Below are positions 1 to 7,657 of a stretch of DNA of 64,000 nt, one piece after another; the first letter of the stretch is position 1, and every line of letters begins with the position of its first letter. The DNA is from Bacteroidales bacterium (GTDB lineage: Bacteria > Bacteroidota > Bacteroidia > Bacteroidales > VadinHA17), in the NCBI GenBank assembly GCA_027028505.1, contig JALVJE010000153.1, forward strand, positions 731 through 64,730, in the 5' to 3' direction. The notes beneath the pieces are model-generated. The model made no database searches. It was not told where the DNA came from and saw only the letters and a program-made list of their open reading frames with translations. The position numbers and the translations under genes were made by a program.

Positions 1-8
1 CACTTTTC

Positions 9-64
9 GACCTTCGCCATTCGCCATTCGCCGTTCATCCTTCCTTTTGCCTTCTGCCTTTCTT
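9..64. repeat. Heptanucleotide tandem array (8 in-phase units)
   Basis: GACCTTC GCCATTC GCCATTC GCCGTTC ATCCTTC CTTTTGC CTTCTGC CTTTCTT. Confidence 0.9.
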
Positions 65-66
65 CG

Positions 67-102
67 TCCGCCGAAGTCCCGGTACACCGGCACGAAGGCG
101 GA
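67..102. repeat. Conserved hairpin with symmetric GAA/GAA internal loop (copy 1)
   Basis: TCCGCC-GAA-GT.CCGG-taca-CCGG.AC-GAA-GGCGGA. A second copy lies at 3801-3832. Confidence 0.8.
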
Positions 103-103
103 T

Positions 104-152
104 GCCTTTTGCCTTTTTACTTTTGCCTTTTGCCTTATTACTTCTGCCTTCT
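104..152. repeat. Heptanucleotide tandem array (7 units, GCCTTTT type) running into the GRE stop codon
   Basis: GCC-initiated units are in phase at 104, 111, 118, 125, 132, 139 and 146. The last unit overlaps the stop at 151-153. Confidence 0.85.
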
Positions 153-2514
153 AAATACTCTCATGCTCCGTCCTTCTGATGATCTCGTTCTGCAGATCGG
201 TGCCCAGATCGTTGAAGTAATCACTGTACCCTGCCACGCGCACGATCAGGTCCTGGTATTTCTCGGGATGTTTCTGCGCATCGCGGAGGGTCTCGGCCCG
301 CACCACATTGAACTGGATATGATGCCCGTCCATCCTGAAATAGGACCGTATCAGAGCTGTCAGTTTCTTTTTGGCATCCCTGTCTTTGAAGAAATCCGGG
401 GAGAATTTCTGGTTCAGCAGGGTTCCTCCCGTCCGCAGGTGATCGATCTTGGCCACGGAGTTGATGACCGCCGTGGGCCCTTTCCTGTCGGCGCCCTGCA
501 CAGGTGAGATCCCTTCGGAGAGAGGCTCGCCGGCCTTACGTCCGTCAGGCATGGCGCCGATCACCGAGCCGAAATAGACATGGCTGGTAGTAGGCAGCAG
601 GTTGATGCGGAAGGTACCGCCGCGGCTGGTGGGTTTGCCGTCCACGGCCTCAAAGAACATCTCAAACACTTCCTGCGCCAGCACATCGGCATAGTCATCG
701 TCATTGCCGAATTTGTGGGTAAGATAGATCAGCTTGTGACGCAGCTCATCATAACCTTCAAAATTCTTCTCCAGGGCCTTCAGCATGCCGTCCATGGTAA
801 CATCTTTCTGCTCAAAGACATGCTCTTTCAGGGAAGCCAGGTTGTCGGTAATGCTGCCCAGCCCTACGCCCTGGATGTAGCTGGTATTATATCGGGCGCC
901 GCCGGCGTTGTAGTCGCGGCCGTTGGCGATGCAGTCGTCGATGAACAGCGACAGGAAGGGCGCTGGCAGGTACTGCGCATTGATGCGCTCGATGATGTTG
1001 TTGCCCCGTATCTTGATGTCCAGGAAATAGTTTAGCTGTTTGCGGTAGGCTCCCATCAGATCGTCAAACGAGCGGAACGTCCGCGGGTCGCCTGTGGCCA
1101 GACCTATCTTCCTGCCCGTGCGGGGATCGGTGCCGTTACGGAGGGTCACCTCCAACACCTTGTTGAGATTAAAATAGCCTGTCAGGATATAGGCTTCGGT
1201 GCCAAAAGCGCCTGACTCAACACATCCGCTGGCACCGCCTTTCCGTGCATCCACGATGTCCTTGCCCTGGCGCACCAGCTCGGCGATGATGGCATCGGTG
1301 TTGAAGACCGACGGCTGCCCGAAGCCGGTCTTGATGATATCCAGGGTGCGGAGGATAAAACGGTCGGGGTTCTTGCGGCTCACCTGGATCATCGACGAAG
1401 GCTGCAGGATGCGCATCTCTTCGATGACGTCCAGGATCAGGTAAGTCAGTTCGTTGACGGCATCCTTGCCGTCGGGGGTCACGCCCCCCAGGTTGATCAG
1501 GGCAAAGTCGGTGTAGGTATTGCTCTCCTGTGCCGTCACGCCGATCTTGGGCGGCGAGGGGTGGTTATTGAACTTCACCCAGAAAGCCTGCAGCAGCTCG
1601 CGGGCCCGCTCTTCGGTGAGGGTCCCCTCCTCCAGTCCCTGACGGAAGAAAGGCAGCAGCTGCTGGTCGAGACGGCCGGGGTTAAAGGAGTCCCAGGGGT
1701 TGAGCTCCGACACCACACCCAGGTGCACGAACCAATAGTACTGCAGCGCTTCGTGGAAGGTACGCGGAGCGCGGGCCGGCACCCACCGGCAGACGGCCTC
1801 CATCTCCTGCAACTCGCGGCGCCGCCGGGGATCTTTCTCTTTTTTCGCCTCTACATGCAACAGGTCGGCATAGCGGGCGGCAAAGCGCATCACCGCGCCG
1901 GCGGCGAGGCTCATGGCCGTCAGCTCCTCGCGTTTATCGTAGGCCTCCGGATCGTTGGCAAAGTCAAGCGCCCGGATGTGGCGGCGTATCTCGCGCTGCA
2001 GGTCAAGCAGACCCAGGCGGTAGATCTTGTCCCCCAGAACGGTGTGGCCGGGGGCGCGCTGCTCCTGGAACTCGGTGAAGACGCCGGCGCGGTATGCCTC
2101 CAGCCAGGGCTTCTCCATCGCCGCCATGATGCGGTCGCGGTTGGTGCGGCCTTTCCAGTACGGGATGATCTCCTCGCGGTATACACGCCGCACCTCATCA
2201 TCCACTTTGAAAGAGACCTTGGGACGGGTATCCAGGATCTCCAGGTCCTTCAGCGAGTGCAGGGTGATCTCGGGATAGGTGGGCGTGGCCTTGGGTGCCG
2301 GCCCGCGCTCCCCGACGATCAGCTCTCCCTCGCCCAGCCAGAGATGCTTATGACGCAGGAAATGATCCAGCGCCAAAGCCCGCTGCACCGGGACCGACCT
2401 GCCCCGGGCCCGGGGACTCTTGTAAAACTCCGTGATGAGCACCGCCCGCTCGGCCGAAATGCGGTTGACCGCCTGCAGGCTCTGCTCTCTCAGTTTTTCT
2501 ATTCTTTCAGTCAT
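151..2514 (-). CDS. Glycyl radical enzyme, PFL2/glycerol-dehydratase (1,2-eliminase) class; possibly trans-4-hydroxy-L-proline dehydratase-like
   Basis: 787-aa ORF. C-terminal glycyl-radical fingerprint RVAGYSDYF. Active-site loop GGASGCVESG has a single Cys plus Glu, not the PFL Cys-Cys pair. An activase gene lies directly upstream on the same strand. Confidence 0.93.
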   Translation of the reverse strand: MTERIEKLREQSLQAVNRISAERAVLITEFYKSPRARGRSVPVQRALALDHFLRHKHLWLGEGELIVGERGPAPKATPTYPEITLHSLKDLEILDTRPKVSFKVDDEVRRVYREEIIPYWKGRTNRDRIMAAMEKPWLEAYRAGVFTEFQEQRAPGHTVLGDKIYRLGLLDLQREIRRHIRALDFANDPEAYDKREELTAMSLAAGAVMRFAARYADLLHVEAKKEKDPRRRRELQEMEAVCRWVPARAPRTFHEALQYYWFVHLGVVSELNPWDSFNPGRLDQQLLPFFRQGLEEGTLTEERARELLQAFWVKFNNHPSPPKIGVTAQESNTYTDFALINLGGVTPDGKDAVNELTYLILDVIEEMRILQPSSMIQVSRKNPDRFILRTLDIIKTGFGQPSVFNTDAIIAELVRQGKDIVDARKGGASGCVESGAFGTEAYILTGYFNLNKVLEVTLRNGTDPRTGRKIGLATGDPRTFRSFDDLMGAYRKQLNYFLDIKIRGNNIIERINAQYLPAPFLSLFIDDCIANGRDYNAGGARYNTSYIQGVGLGSITDNLASLKEHVFEQKDVTMDGMLKALEKNFEGYDELRHKLIYLTHKFGNDDDYADVLAQEVFEMFFEAVDGKPTSRGGTFRINLLPTTSHVYFGSVIGAMPDGRKAGEPLSEGISPVQGADRKGPTAVINSVAKIDHLRTGGTLLNQKFSPDFFKDRDAKKKLTALIRSYFRMDGHHIQFNVVRAETLRDAQKHPEKYQDLIVRVAGYSDYFNDLGTDLQNEIIRRTEHESI

Positions 2515-2593
2515 GTCAGTTTCGAGTTTCGAGTTTTGAGTATCGAGTTAATAGTATCGAGTTATCCGTTCATCTTTCATCGTTCGTCGTTCC
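2515..2593. repeat. Heptanucleotide tandem array filling the whole activase-GRE intergenic spacer
   Basis: GTTTCGA GTTTCGA GTTTTGA GTATCGA GTTAATA GTATCGA GTTATCC GTTCATC TTTCATC GTTCGTC GTTCC. Confidence 0.9.
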
Positions 2594-3391
2594 TTATCCT
2601 CCAATCTTAACCCTGAATCCGGCTTTCTCATACCTTACCTTCAGTTTTTCCATCTCCTTCTCTCCCGGCTCGGGCACACCGGCCATGCGGTATTCCATCC
2701 CGAATTTCTCATACTTGTGAGCTGCCAGAGCATGGTAAGGCAGCAGATCGACCTCTTTCACGGCCCCGTTCAGCCCTTTTAGGAAACGCAGCGTTTTCTC
2801 CGTATTTTCCTCCCCGTCGTTGATGCCGGGGATCACGGGGATACGGATATACAGGTCTTTCCCCTCTGCCGCCAGGAAGGTTAGGTTCTCCAGGATCTGC
2901 CGGTTGGAGACACCGGTGTATTTCAGATGCTCCGCCTCGTCCATGTGTTTCACGTCATACAGGAAGAGGTCCGTCAGCTCCAGGATCTTCCGCAGGTTCT
3001 TCCTGGAGGTGTGCCCGGTAGTATCCACCGCCGTGTGGTAGCCTTCGCGCTTGCATGCCAGCAGCAGGTCTTCCAGAAAATCCCCCTGCCAGAGGGGTTC
3101 GCCTCCGGAGAGTGTTACCCCGCCGTCCGACTCCTCCATGAAAACACGCTCCCGGTTGATCTCCCGCATCAGCTCTCCGACGGTCATCCACCGGCCTACC
3201 GTTTCGCGGACGGGAAAGTCTTTCCCCTCCATCTTCTGCACCGTGATCACCTCTTCCGGCTCCTTCCGGATCCCCTCGGGGTTGTGGCACCACCAGCAGG
3301 AGAGCGGACAGCCTTTAAAAAAGACCGTCGTCCGGATGCCCGGACCGTCATGCACCGCATATCGCTTAATATCGAAGATTAAACCTTTCAT
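2594..3391 (-). CDS. Glycyl-radical enzyme activating protein (radical SAM)
   Basis: Radical-SAM motif CPLSCWWCHNPE (CX3CX2C) near the N-terminus. N-terminal MKGLIFDIKRYAVHDGPGIRT is typical of GRE activases. I moved the start to the internal Met at 3391 (265 aa); the track ORF extends to 3598 through low-complexity sequence. Confidence 0.88.
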   Translation of the reverse strand: MKGLIFDIKRYAVHDGPGIRTTVFFKGCPLSCWWCHNPEGIRKEPEEVITVQKMEGKDFPVRETVGRWMTVGELMREINRERVFMEESDGGVTLSGGEPLWQGDFLEDLLLACKREGYHTAVDTTGHTSRKNLRKILELTDLFLYDVKHMDEAEHLKYTGVSNRQILENLTFLAAEGKDLYIRIPVIPGINDGEENTEKTLRFLKGLNGAVKEVDLLPYHALAAHKYEKFGMEYRMAGVPEPGEKEMEKLKVRYEKAGFRVKIGG

Positions 3392-3666
3392 CGAAAAAGG
3401 AAATGGAAAAAAACAAAAAAAATGTGGAGAAAAGAGGGACAGGCACACCGGCCGGACAGGAGGGATCCCTAGTAGATCCAGCACTCGAAGAGATGGTGCA
3501 CGAACAGTTTCTTGTATTTTTTGATCGCAGGCATAGAAACTCCTTTGTTGCTGCAAGTTAGGAAAAAGCCCGGAAAAAACAAAAAGAAAGATCACCAAGT
3601 GGATATGTGCAGATATCAGGAATTATGCTCAGACATATTTACACATGGGATAAAAGAAATCAGATA

Positions 3667-3866
3667 GAAATTAGCTCACTGCATTGCCCGCCGAAGGCTT
3701 GCCGGAGGCTGGACGTTCGCGAAATTAGCCCCGACTGCGTCGGGTCGAAATTTAGTAGAAATTAGTTCGCTAACGCGAACGAAATTTACTCGCTGCCTTG
3801 TCCGCCGAAGTTCCCATAAGGACGAAGGCGGAACGCTCGTGAAATTAGCGCCTGCGGCGCGTCATT
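3667..3866. repeat. Array of six GAAATT(A/T)(G/A) units, each followed by a different GC-rich hairpin
   Basis: Units start at 3667, 3721, 3747, 3758, 3781 and 3841. Hairpins include CCCGAC-tgc-GTCGGG, GTTCGC-taa-GCGAAC and GCGCC-tgc-GGCGC. The two long units (3667, 3781) are ~55-60 nt and homologous. Confidence 0.85.
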
Positions 3867-3920
3867 CAAAGATCATCAACTTATCGGTGGTTTCTGAATA
3901 GCCGAAAGCGTATCAAAGGA

Positions 3921-4021
3921 CTCATCGCTCATAGCTCATCGCTAACTTTTCCCACTCTTCAGACTTTTTAGACTTTTTGACTTTTTGACTTTTGACCTTC
4001 GAGCATCGACATTCGACCTTC
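3921..4021. repeat. Short-period (7-9 nt) tandem arrays ending on the Omp85-like stop codon
   Basis: CTCATCG CTCATAG CTCATCG at 3921-3941. Then GACTTTTTA GACTTTTT GACTTTTT GACTTTT GACCTTC GAGCATC GACATTC GACCTTC at 3962-4021. Confidence 0.88.
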
Positions 4022-5210
4022 AGAACGCTTCCCCGAACCCCAGGAACACCGTATGTCCTCCTTTGGAGAAGCCTATGTCCATGCGCAGCACCGAGCTGGT
4101 AGCCTTGTCCATCAGGATCCGCAGGCCGCCGCCCCCGGCATAATGAAAGCCGTTGCCTTTAAAGTCCGGCAGGTGGGGTTGCACCTGCCCCATTCCTCCG
4201 AATACAGCCCCCCCCACAATCCAGAAAATCGGGAACCGCATCTCCAGCTGCGCCAGAGCCAGGGATTTGTCACGGAAACGCCCCCGGTAGATCCCCCGCA
4301 TCCGGGACTTCCCCCCGACCTGCGCCAGCGACTGCACCGGCACCTCTCCCATCCGTATCTCGGAATAGAGCTGACCGGCAAAGGTCAATTGTTTGAACAG
4401 GGTAAAATATTTTCGCAGATCAACGGTAATATTTCCATAATCGAATTTACTCCCGAAGATATGACTGTACAGATCATAAGAGAGATAAATGTACGATCCC
4501 TTTGTCGCCTGCAGGCGGTTGTTGCGGCCTTCGCGGAAATATTTGATCCCAAACCCCGACTGGATCCCCTCATTCCCCTCCAGGTCAAGATCGGGGAATG
4601 TATCCTTCTGCTCGACATGCATAAAATTGTTAAACGTATAGCGAAATCCTATATAATTGACCGTAACGATATTGTAATTAAAGCCGGGTTTGAGGAGCAG
4701 GTTTTTAAAATCTGTGAGCACGGCATTGGTTTCCGGCGTATTATTTCCCACCCCGTAATAGAGCATGGGAAAATCCCGGAAAGTAAACTCAAAGACCGTA
4801 TTGAAACGGTTGGGACCGAACATCAGGTCCCCTTTCAGTTTGATCTCATATTGCTTGTTGAGGGTATAAAAACCGTAAAGAGAAACACTGGAGAGTTGCA
4901 TCAGGGAATCCGGCAGATGCTTGTTATGGAACTTGAAAGCATTGTATTTGATAATACCGAAAGTGAGATTTGTCTCGGTGGAATATCCCAGATATGGGAC
5001 CGGCATGTATTTGAACAGTTTGCCGAACAGGCTCTCGGCCTCTTTGGCATACACCTCTTCCGGCAGTGTATCATGCCTCATCAGAGAGTCTGCAGAACTA
5101 CCTGTGGGACCATACAGGAACGAGGTGTCAGGATTTTCATAAAATGACGCAGCCCTTAGCCCCTGAACACAAAAGACCAGTATAAGTATAAGAATCCCCC
5201 GCTTGATCAT
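4020..5210 (-). CDS. Omp85/BamA-family outer-membrane beta-barrel protein (bacterial surface antigen domain only)
   Basis: Signal peptide MIKRGILILILVFCVQGLRA. Alternating beta-strand pattern, an RGY/RGI motif, and a C-terminal aromatic residue (GFGEAF). Confidence 0.78.
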   Translation of the reverse strand: MIKRGILILILVFCVQGLRAASFYENPDTSFLYGPTGSSADSLMRHDTLPEEVYAKEAESLFGKLFKYMPVPYLGYSTETNLTFGIIKYNAFKFHNKHLPDSLMQLSSVSLYGFYTLNKQYEIKLKGDLMFGPNRFNTVFEFTFRDFPMLYYGVGNNTPETNAVLTDFKNLLLKPGFNYNIVTVNYIGFRYTFNNFMHVEQKDTFPDLDLEGNEGIQSGFGIKYFREGRNNRLQATKGSYIYLSYDLYSHIFGSKFDYGNITVDLRKYFTLFKQLTFAGQLYSEIRMGEVPVQSLAQVGGKSRMRGIYRGRFRDKSLALAQLEMRFPIFWIVGGAVFGGMGQVQPHLPDFKGNGFHYAGGGGLRILMDKATSSVLRMDIGFSKGGHTVFLGFGEAF

Positions 5211-5222
5211 GCTCCGCTAAAT

Positions 5223-7577
5223 TTATTTTCCGAACTGATACTCTTTTGGGGGCTCGGTATCAAGCAGGTATCGCACGAAGTAGTCCCATTTCCTCCGCAT
5301 CATATATCTTGAATCGGATCCGTAACCATGGGACCGGTTCGGGAAGAGGATCAGGTCGAAATCCTTGTTGGCTGCGATCAGGGCTTCAACCAGCACCAGG
5401 GTATTGTTCACCGGCACATTGCCATCCATGGTGCCATGGGCCAGCAGGAGGTGTCCTTTGAGGTTCTTCGCCAGGAGCTGGTTGGCCTGGTTGTCATAAT
5501 TGCTGGTGCCGTCCGGATTCACTTTCAGCAGTCCCTGCCATTTCTCGCCCCAGTCATCTTCATAGATCCTGTTGTCGTGGTTGCCCGATTCGCTGACGGC
5601 CACTTTGAAAAAATCAGGATAACGCAGGATGGCGTCGGCTGCGGCATAACCTCCCCCCGAATGGCCGTAGATCCCCACCCGGGTGGTGTCTATCCACGGA
5701 TATCGCTCTGCCAGTTGCCGCATCCCTGCGATCTGGTCGGGCAGCCCGTTATCGCCCATATCCCCGTAGTACGCTGCATGGAACGATCTGGAGCGCATAG
5801 GTGTGCCCATGGCATCCAGCGAAACGACGATAAATCCCAACTCAGCCAGGGCCTGTTTATCTCCCCGTGCAGGCAGGAAACTCCTCCCCCGCACACTACC
5901 GGTCTGGGGCCCCGGGTAAATGGCATTGATGATGGGATATTTCCGGGAGGGATCCAAATGAGTAGGCTTGAACATCAGCCCGTACAGATCGGTTTTCCCG
6001 TCACGTGCTTTCACCACGAATGGCACAGGAGGCTGCCAGCCCATGGCCAGCAACTCCGAGATATCCGCCTTCGCCAGGGTGAGCAGCTTTTTACCCTTAC
6101 TGTTCCTCAGAACTGTGACCTGCGGCTGTACCGGCGTTGAATATGTATCGGTAAACCAGGTACCTTCAGGAGATAAAGAGACCGAATGATCGGCACTGTC
6201 CGGCGTCAGCAGTCGCAGATCCCGGCCATCCATACGCACACTGTAAAAGTATTTGAAATAGGGATCTCCCGGCTCTCTTCCGGCACCCATAAAATAGATC
6301 TTCCGCTCCTTTTTATCCAGTCGCAGGATATCCAACACATTCCACGAACCCGAAGTGATCCTGTTCTTCAGCTTTCCGGTCGTCAGATCGTACAGGTACA
6401 GATGTCCCCAGTTATCCCGCTCGGAAAACCAGATCACCTCATTGCTCTCCGGCAGGAAACGCCAGTTGAACGCATTGTACCCCGACTCAAAAAAAGTGGG
6501 GGTCTCCTCTTCCAGAACATCTCTGACCTCACCTGTGGCAGCATCGGCGACACGCAGAACGACCCTGTGGTGATCCCTGGAGACAGACACAAAGGCCAGC
6601 CGGCTGGCATCCGGGCTCCACGCCACATCCAGGAATTTTCCACCCCGCCCCACAATATCGTCCGTCACAGTGGAGCGGTGTTGGTCCGGTTTCATTTTCA
6701 GTTCCACCACCTTCGGGCCATCGAGGGAGATGATCACCCGGTGCAGGCGGAAAATGACCGAATCTTCGGGTAAAGGATATCTCCAGGCCTTCAGATCCGG
6801 ATGCCCCACCTTGGTGGAGACCATGTACATCATACCTACCCCACGCTCATCCAACCGGAAAGTAGCGATCTTTCTGGAATCGGGAGACCAGAGCAATACC
6901 GGCCGTGAACTGCGCCTCCATCCTGCATTGTCAGTGGCATATCCGAAATCTTTCACACCCTCAGTGGTCAGCTGCGTCTCTTTGCCGCTTTCCAGATCAC
7001 GCACCCACAGGTTATAGTCACGGATGAAAGCTCCATATCTCCCGTCCGGGGATTTCACATAGTTGCTCCTCATGTAGGAAGCATTCCATCCCCTTGCGAC
7101 CGCTTCTTTCTTTCCCTGCTCCTGAGCCCCGGCATCCTTTTTCACGGACAAACGGTTCGTCTGCCGGTTCCACACATATTCTCCGGATCTGACACGAAAA
7201 GTGATCTCATGCCGGTCATCTGAGAAGGTGATCCTGTAAAACGGCAGCTTCAACGGATCGTATTCCTTTCCCAGCGTGTCTGAGAGAGCTGCAGCAAGTT
7301 TCTCATGGTCAAAAGCCCGCTCAACAGATCTTTTGCGGGCATTTCCCAGGAGAAACTCCGTCCCTCCCTCCACATCATGCCTGTACCAGAAAAGATCCTT
7401 ATCGATCCAGACCGGCCGGATGCTCATATTGCGCACCAGAGAAAAAGTATTTCCCGAAAGGAATTTTGCGGCACGGGCATAGTCGTCACTTGTAACAGCT
7501 ATATTGTCCAGTGGCTGTGCCTGCGCTTCCGTAACAAGAAATACGGACAAAATAAAAGAACCAACAAATCTTCTCAT
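5223..7577 (-). CDS. S9-family serine peptidase, dipeptidyl-peptidase IV-like
   Basis: 784 aa with a signal peptide and an N-terminal beta-propeller-like region. C-terminal alpha/beta hydrolase domain carries the nucleophile motif GHSGGGY. Confidence 0.9.
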   Translation of the reverse strand: MRRFVGSFILSVFLVTEAQAQPLDNIAVTSDDYARAAKFLSGNTFSLVRNMSIRPVWIDKDLFWYRHDVEGGTEFLLGNARKRSVERAFDHEKLAAALSDTLGKEYDPLKLPFYRITFSDDRHEITFRVRSGEYVWNRQTNRLSVKKDAGAQEQGKKEAVARGWNASYMRSNYVKSPDGRYGAFIRDYNLWVRDLESGKETQLTTEGVKDFGYATDNAGWRRSSRPVLLWSPDSRKIATFRLDERGVGMMYMVSTKVGHPDLKAWRYPLPEDSVIFRLHRVIISLDGPKVVELKMKPDQHRSTVTDDIVGRGGKFLDVAWSPDASRLAFVSVSRDHHRVVLRVADAATGEVRDVLEEETPTFFESGYNAFNWRFLPESNEVIWFSERDNWGHLYLYDLTTGKLKNRITSGSWNVLDILRLDKKERKIYFMGAGREPGDPYFKYFYSVRMDGRDLRLLTPDSADHSVSLSPEGTWFTDTYSTPVQPQVTVLRNSKGKKLLTLAKADISELLAMGWQPPVPFVVKARDGKTDLYGLMFKPTHLDPSRKYPIINAIYPGPQTGSVRGRSFLPARGDKQALAELGFIVVSLDAMGTPMRSRSFHAAYYGDMGDNGLPDQIAGMRQLAERYPWIDTTRVGIYGHSGGGYAAADAILRYPDFFKVAVSESGNHDNRIYEDDWGEKWQGLLKVNPDGTSNYDNQANQLLAKNLKGHLLLAHGTMDGNVPVNNTLVLVEALIAANKDFDLILFPNRSHGYGSDSRYMMRRKWDYFVRYLLDTEPPKEYQFGK

Positions 7578-7629
7578 AATACCCGGATAAAACGAATAAT
7601 ACGCCGGTTTTCAACTAACCAACAAAAAC

Positions 7630-7657
7630 TTGAAACATGGAACATGGAACCTGAAAC
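7630..7657. repeat. Heptanucleotide tandem array (4 units) abutting the pepD stop codon
   Basis: TTGAAAC ATGGAAC ATGGAAC CTGAAAC, followed directly by the stop (7658-7660). Confidence 0.85.

Noticed and set aside
3392-3598. N-terminal 69-aa extension of the activase ORF
   Set aside because: The extension is hydrophobic and low-complexity (…FFCFFPFPFS) and is absent from GRE activases. The internal Met gives the canonical N-terminus MKGLIFDIKRYAVHDGPG.
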